This document shows positions 50,552 through 50,781 of a stretch of DNA of 50,781 nucleotides, piece by piece. Positions within the stretch are counted from its first letter, which is position 1. Every line of letters starts with the position of its first letter. The translations under genes and the position numbers were made by a program. The notes below the pieces were generated by a model that was given only the letters and a program-made list of their open reading frames with translations, did no database searches and was not told where the DNA came from. The DNA lies in IMG/VR virus record IMGVR_UViG_3300045988_030121, positions 1 through 50,781 of that record; one strand, written 5' to 3'. Origin of the DNA: a virus.

Positions 50552-50781
50552 TCACTTCACGATGTCATAAATAAGTTTTGTCAATTCTATGTCATACTGA
50601 GCATCATGCAAGGCATCATCTTCAACGGCAATATTCAGGAACTTGGCAACCGTGGAAAGTTTGAAATTCTCCATTTCCTCCCGGCGGTCAAGAAGATAGT
50701 TGGATGCAAGCACCATCACATCAACCGAGTTCGACCAAAACCATGAGCCGAAATATTCATCCCCGTTCTGCAAGAAGAATC
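50552..50781 (-). CDS. C-terminal part of the DEDDh exonuclease gene that starts at position 450 (50663-50781 duplicates 1-119)
   Basis: HDAQYD ExoIII motif. The frame is continuous with 1..450 across the circular junction. Confidence 0.85.
   Translation of the reverse strand, partial: FFLQNGDEYFGSWFWSNSVDVMVLASNYLLDRREEMENFKLSTVAKFLNIAVEDDALHDAQYDIELTKLIYDIVK
50663..50781. repeat. Terminal direct repeat, copy 2 (identical to 1-119)
   Basis: By-eye comparison, exact match. Confidence 0.9.

Larger units (their letters stand above)
1..50781. mobile_element. Complete temperate siphovirus-like phage genome, circularly closed contig (unit length 50,662 bp), probable Bacteroidota host
   Basis: All phage modules are present: lysogeny, replication/recombination, packaging, head, tail, DGR and lysis. 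There is an exact 119-bp terminal overlap with an ORF reading through it. There is a tape measure protein and no sheath gene. TAnnTTTG -7 boxes are present and Shine-Dalgarno sequences are absent. Confidence 0.85.

Noticed and set aside
1-50781. CRISPR arrays, rRNA or tRNA genes, transposases or IS elements
   Set aside because: I saw no regularly spaced direct repeats, no rRNA-like or cloverleaf-like sequences and no transposase motifs while reading the window. The only recombinase is the phage integrase.

Overview
The window holds one complete, circularly closed genome of a temperate, siphovirus-type tailed phage. Bases 1-119 are repeated exactly at 50663-50781, giving a unit length of 50,662 bp, and an exonuclease gene reads through that junction. 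The host is probably a member of the Bacteroidota: there are TAnnTTTG -7 boxes, no Shine-Dalgarno sequences, a recurrent GCAACA-ATG-AAA start context, and a Bacteroides-type integrase plus DUF3853/DUF4373/DUF4406-like proteins.

Layout:
- 485-11225 (minus): leftward early operon with Cro-like and LuxR-type regulators, SMC-like ATPase, RecT, MBL nuclease, replication proteins, antirepressor and an orphan C5-methyltransferase.
- 11136-11365: divergent switch region with three operator-like palindromes.
- 11366-13895 (plus): lysogeny operon with CI-like repressor, small ORF, lipoprotein, HTH protein and tyrosine integrase.
- 13896-14103: candidate attP.
- 14268-19678 (minus): lysis cassette and a diversity-generating retroelement (DGR).
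- 19807-35268 (minus): tail and head genes.
- 35503-39872 (plus): island of 12 small genes ending in an ADP-ribosylglycohydrolase.
- 39895-50662 and on to 450 across the junction (minus): MuF-zincin-ADP-ribosyltransferase polyvalent protein, portal, terminase, ParB, RuvC-like, SSB, MazG-like and DEDDh exonuclease.

Most notable observations:
1. The DGR has one template repeat and two adenine-mutated variable repeats. One lies in the adjacent tail receptor-binding gene. The second lies about 12 kb away in a small, signal-less protein of the early operon.
2. A virion-associated ADP-ribosyltransferase is encoded convergently with an ADP-ribosylglycohydrolase.
3. A 15-bp palindrome (GTGTTA-N3-TAACAC) occurs five times, always next to the start of a non-early transcription unit.
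4. A DUF4406 domain is fused to a DnaA domain-IV-like HTH.

No tRNA, rRNA or CRISPR array was seen. All family calls come from motif recognition by eye, not from database searches.
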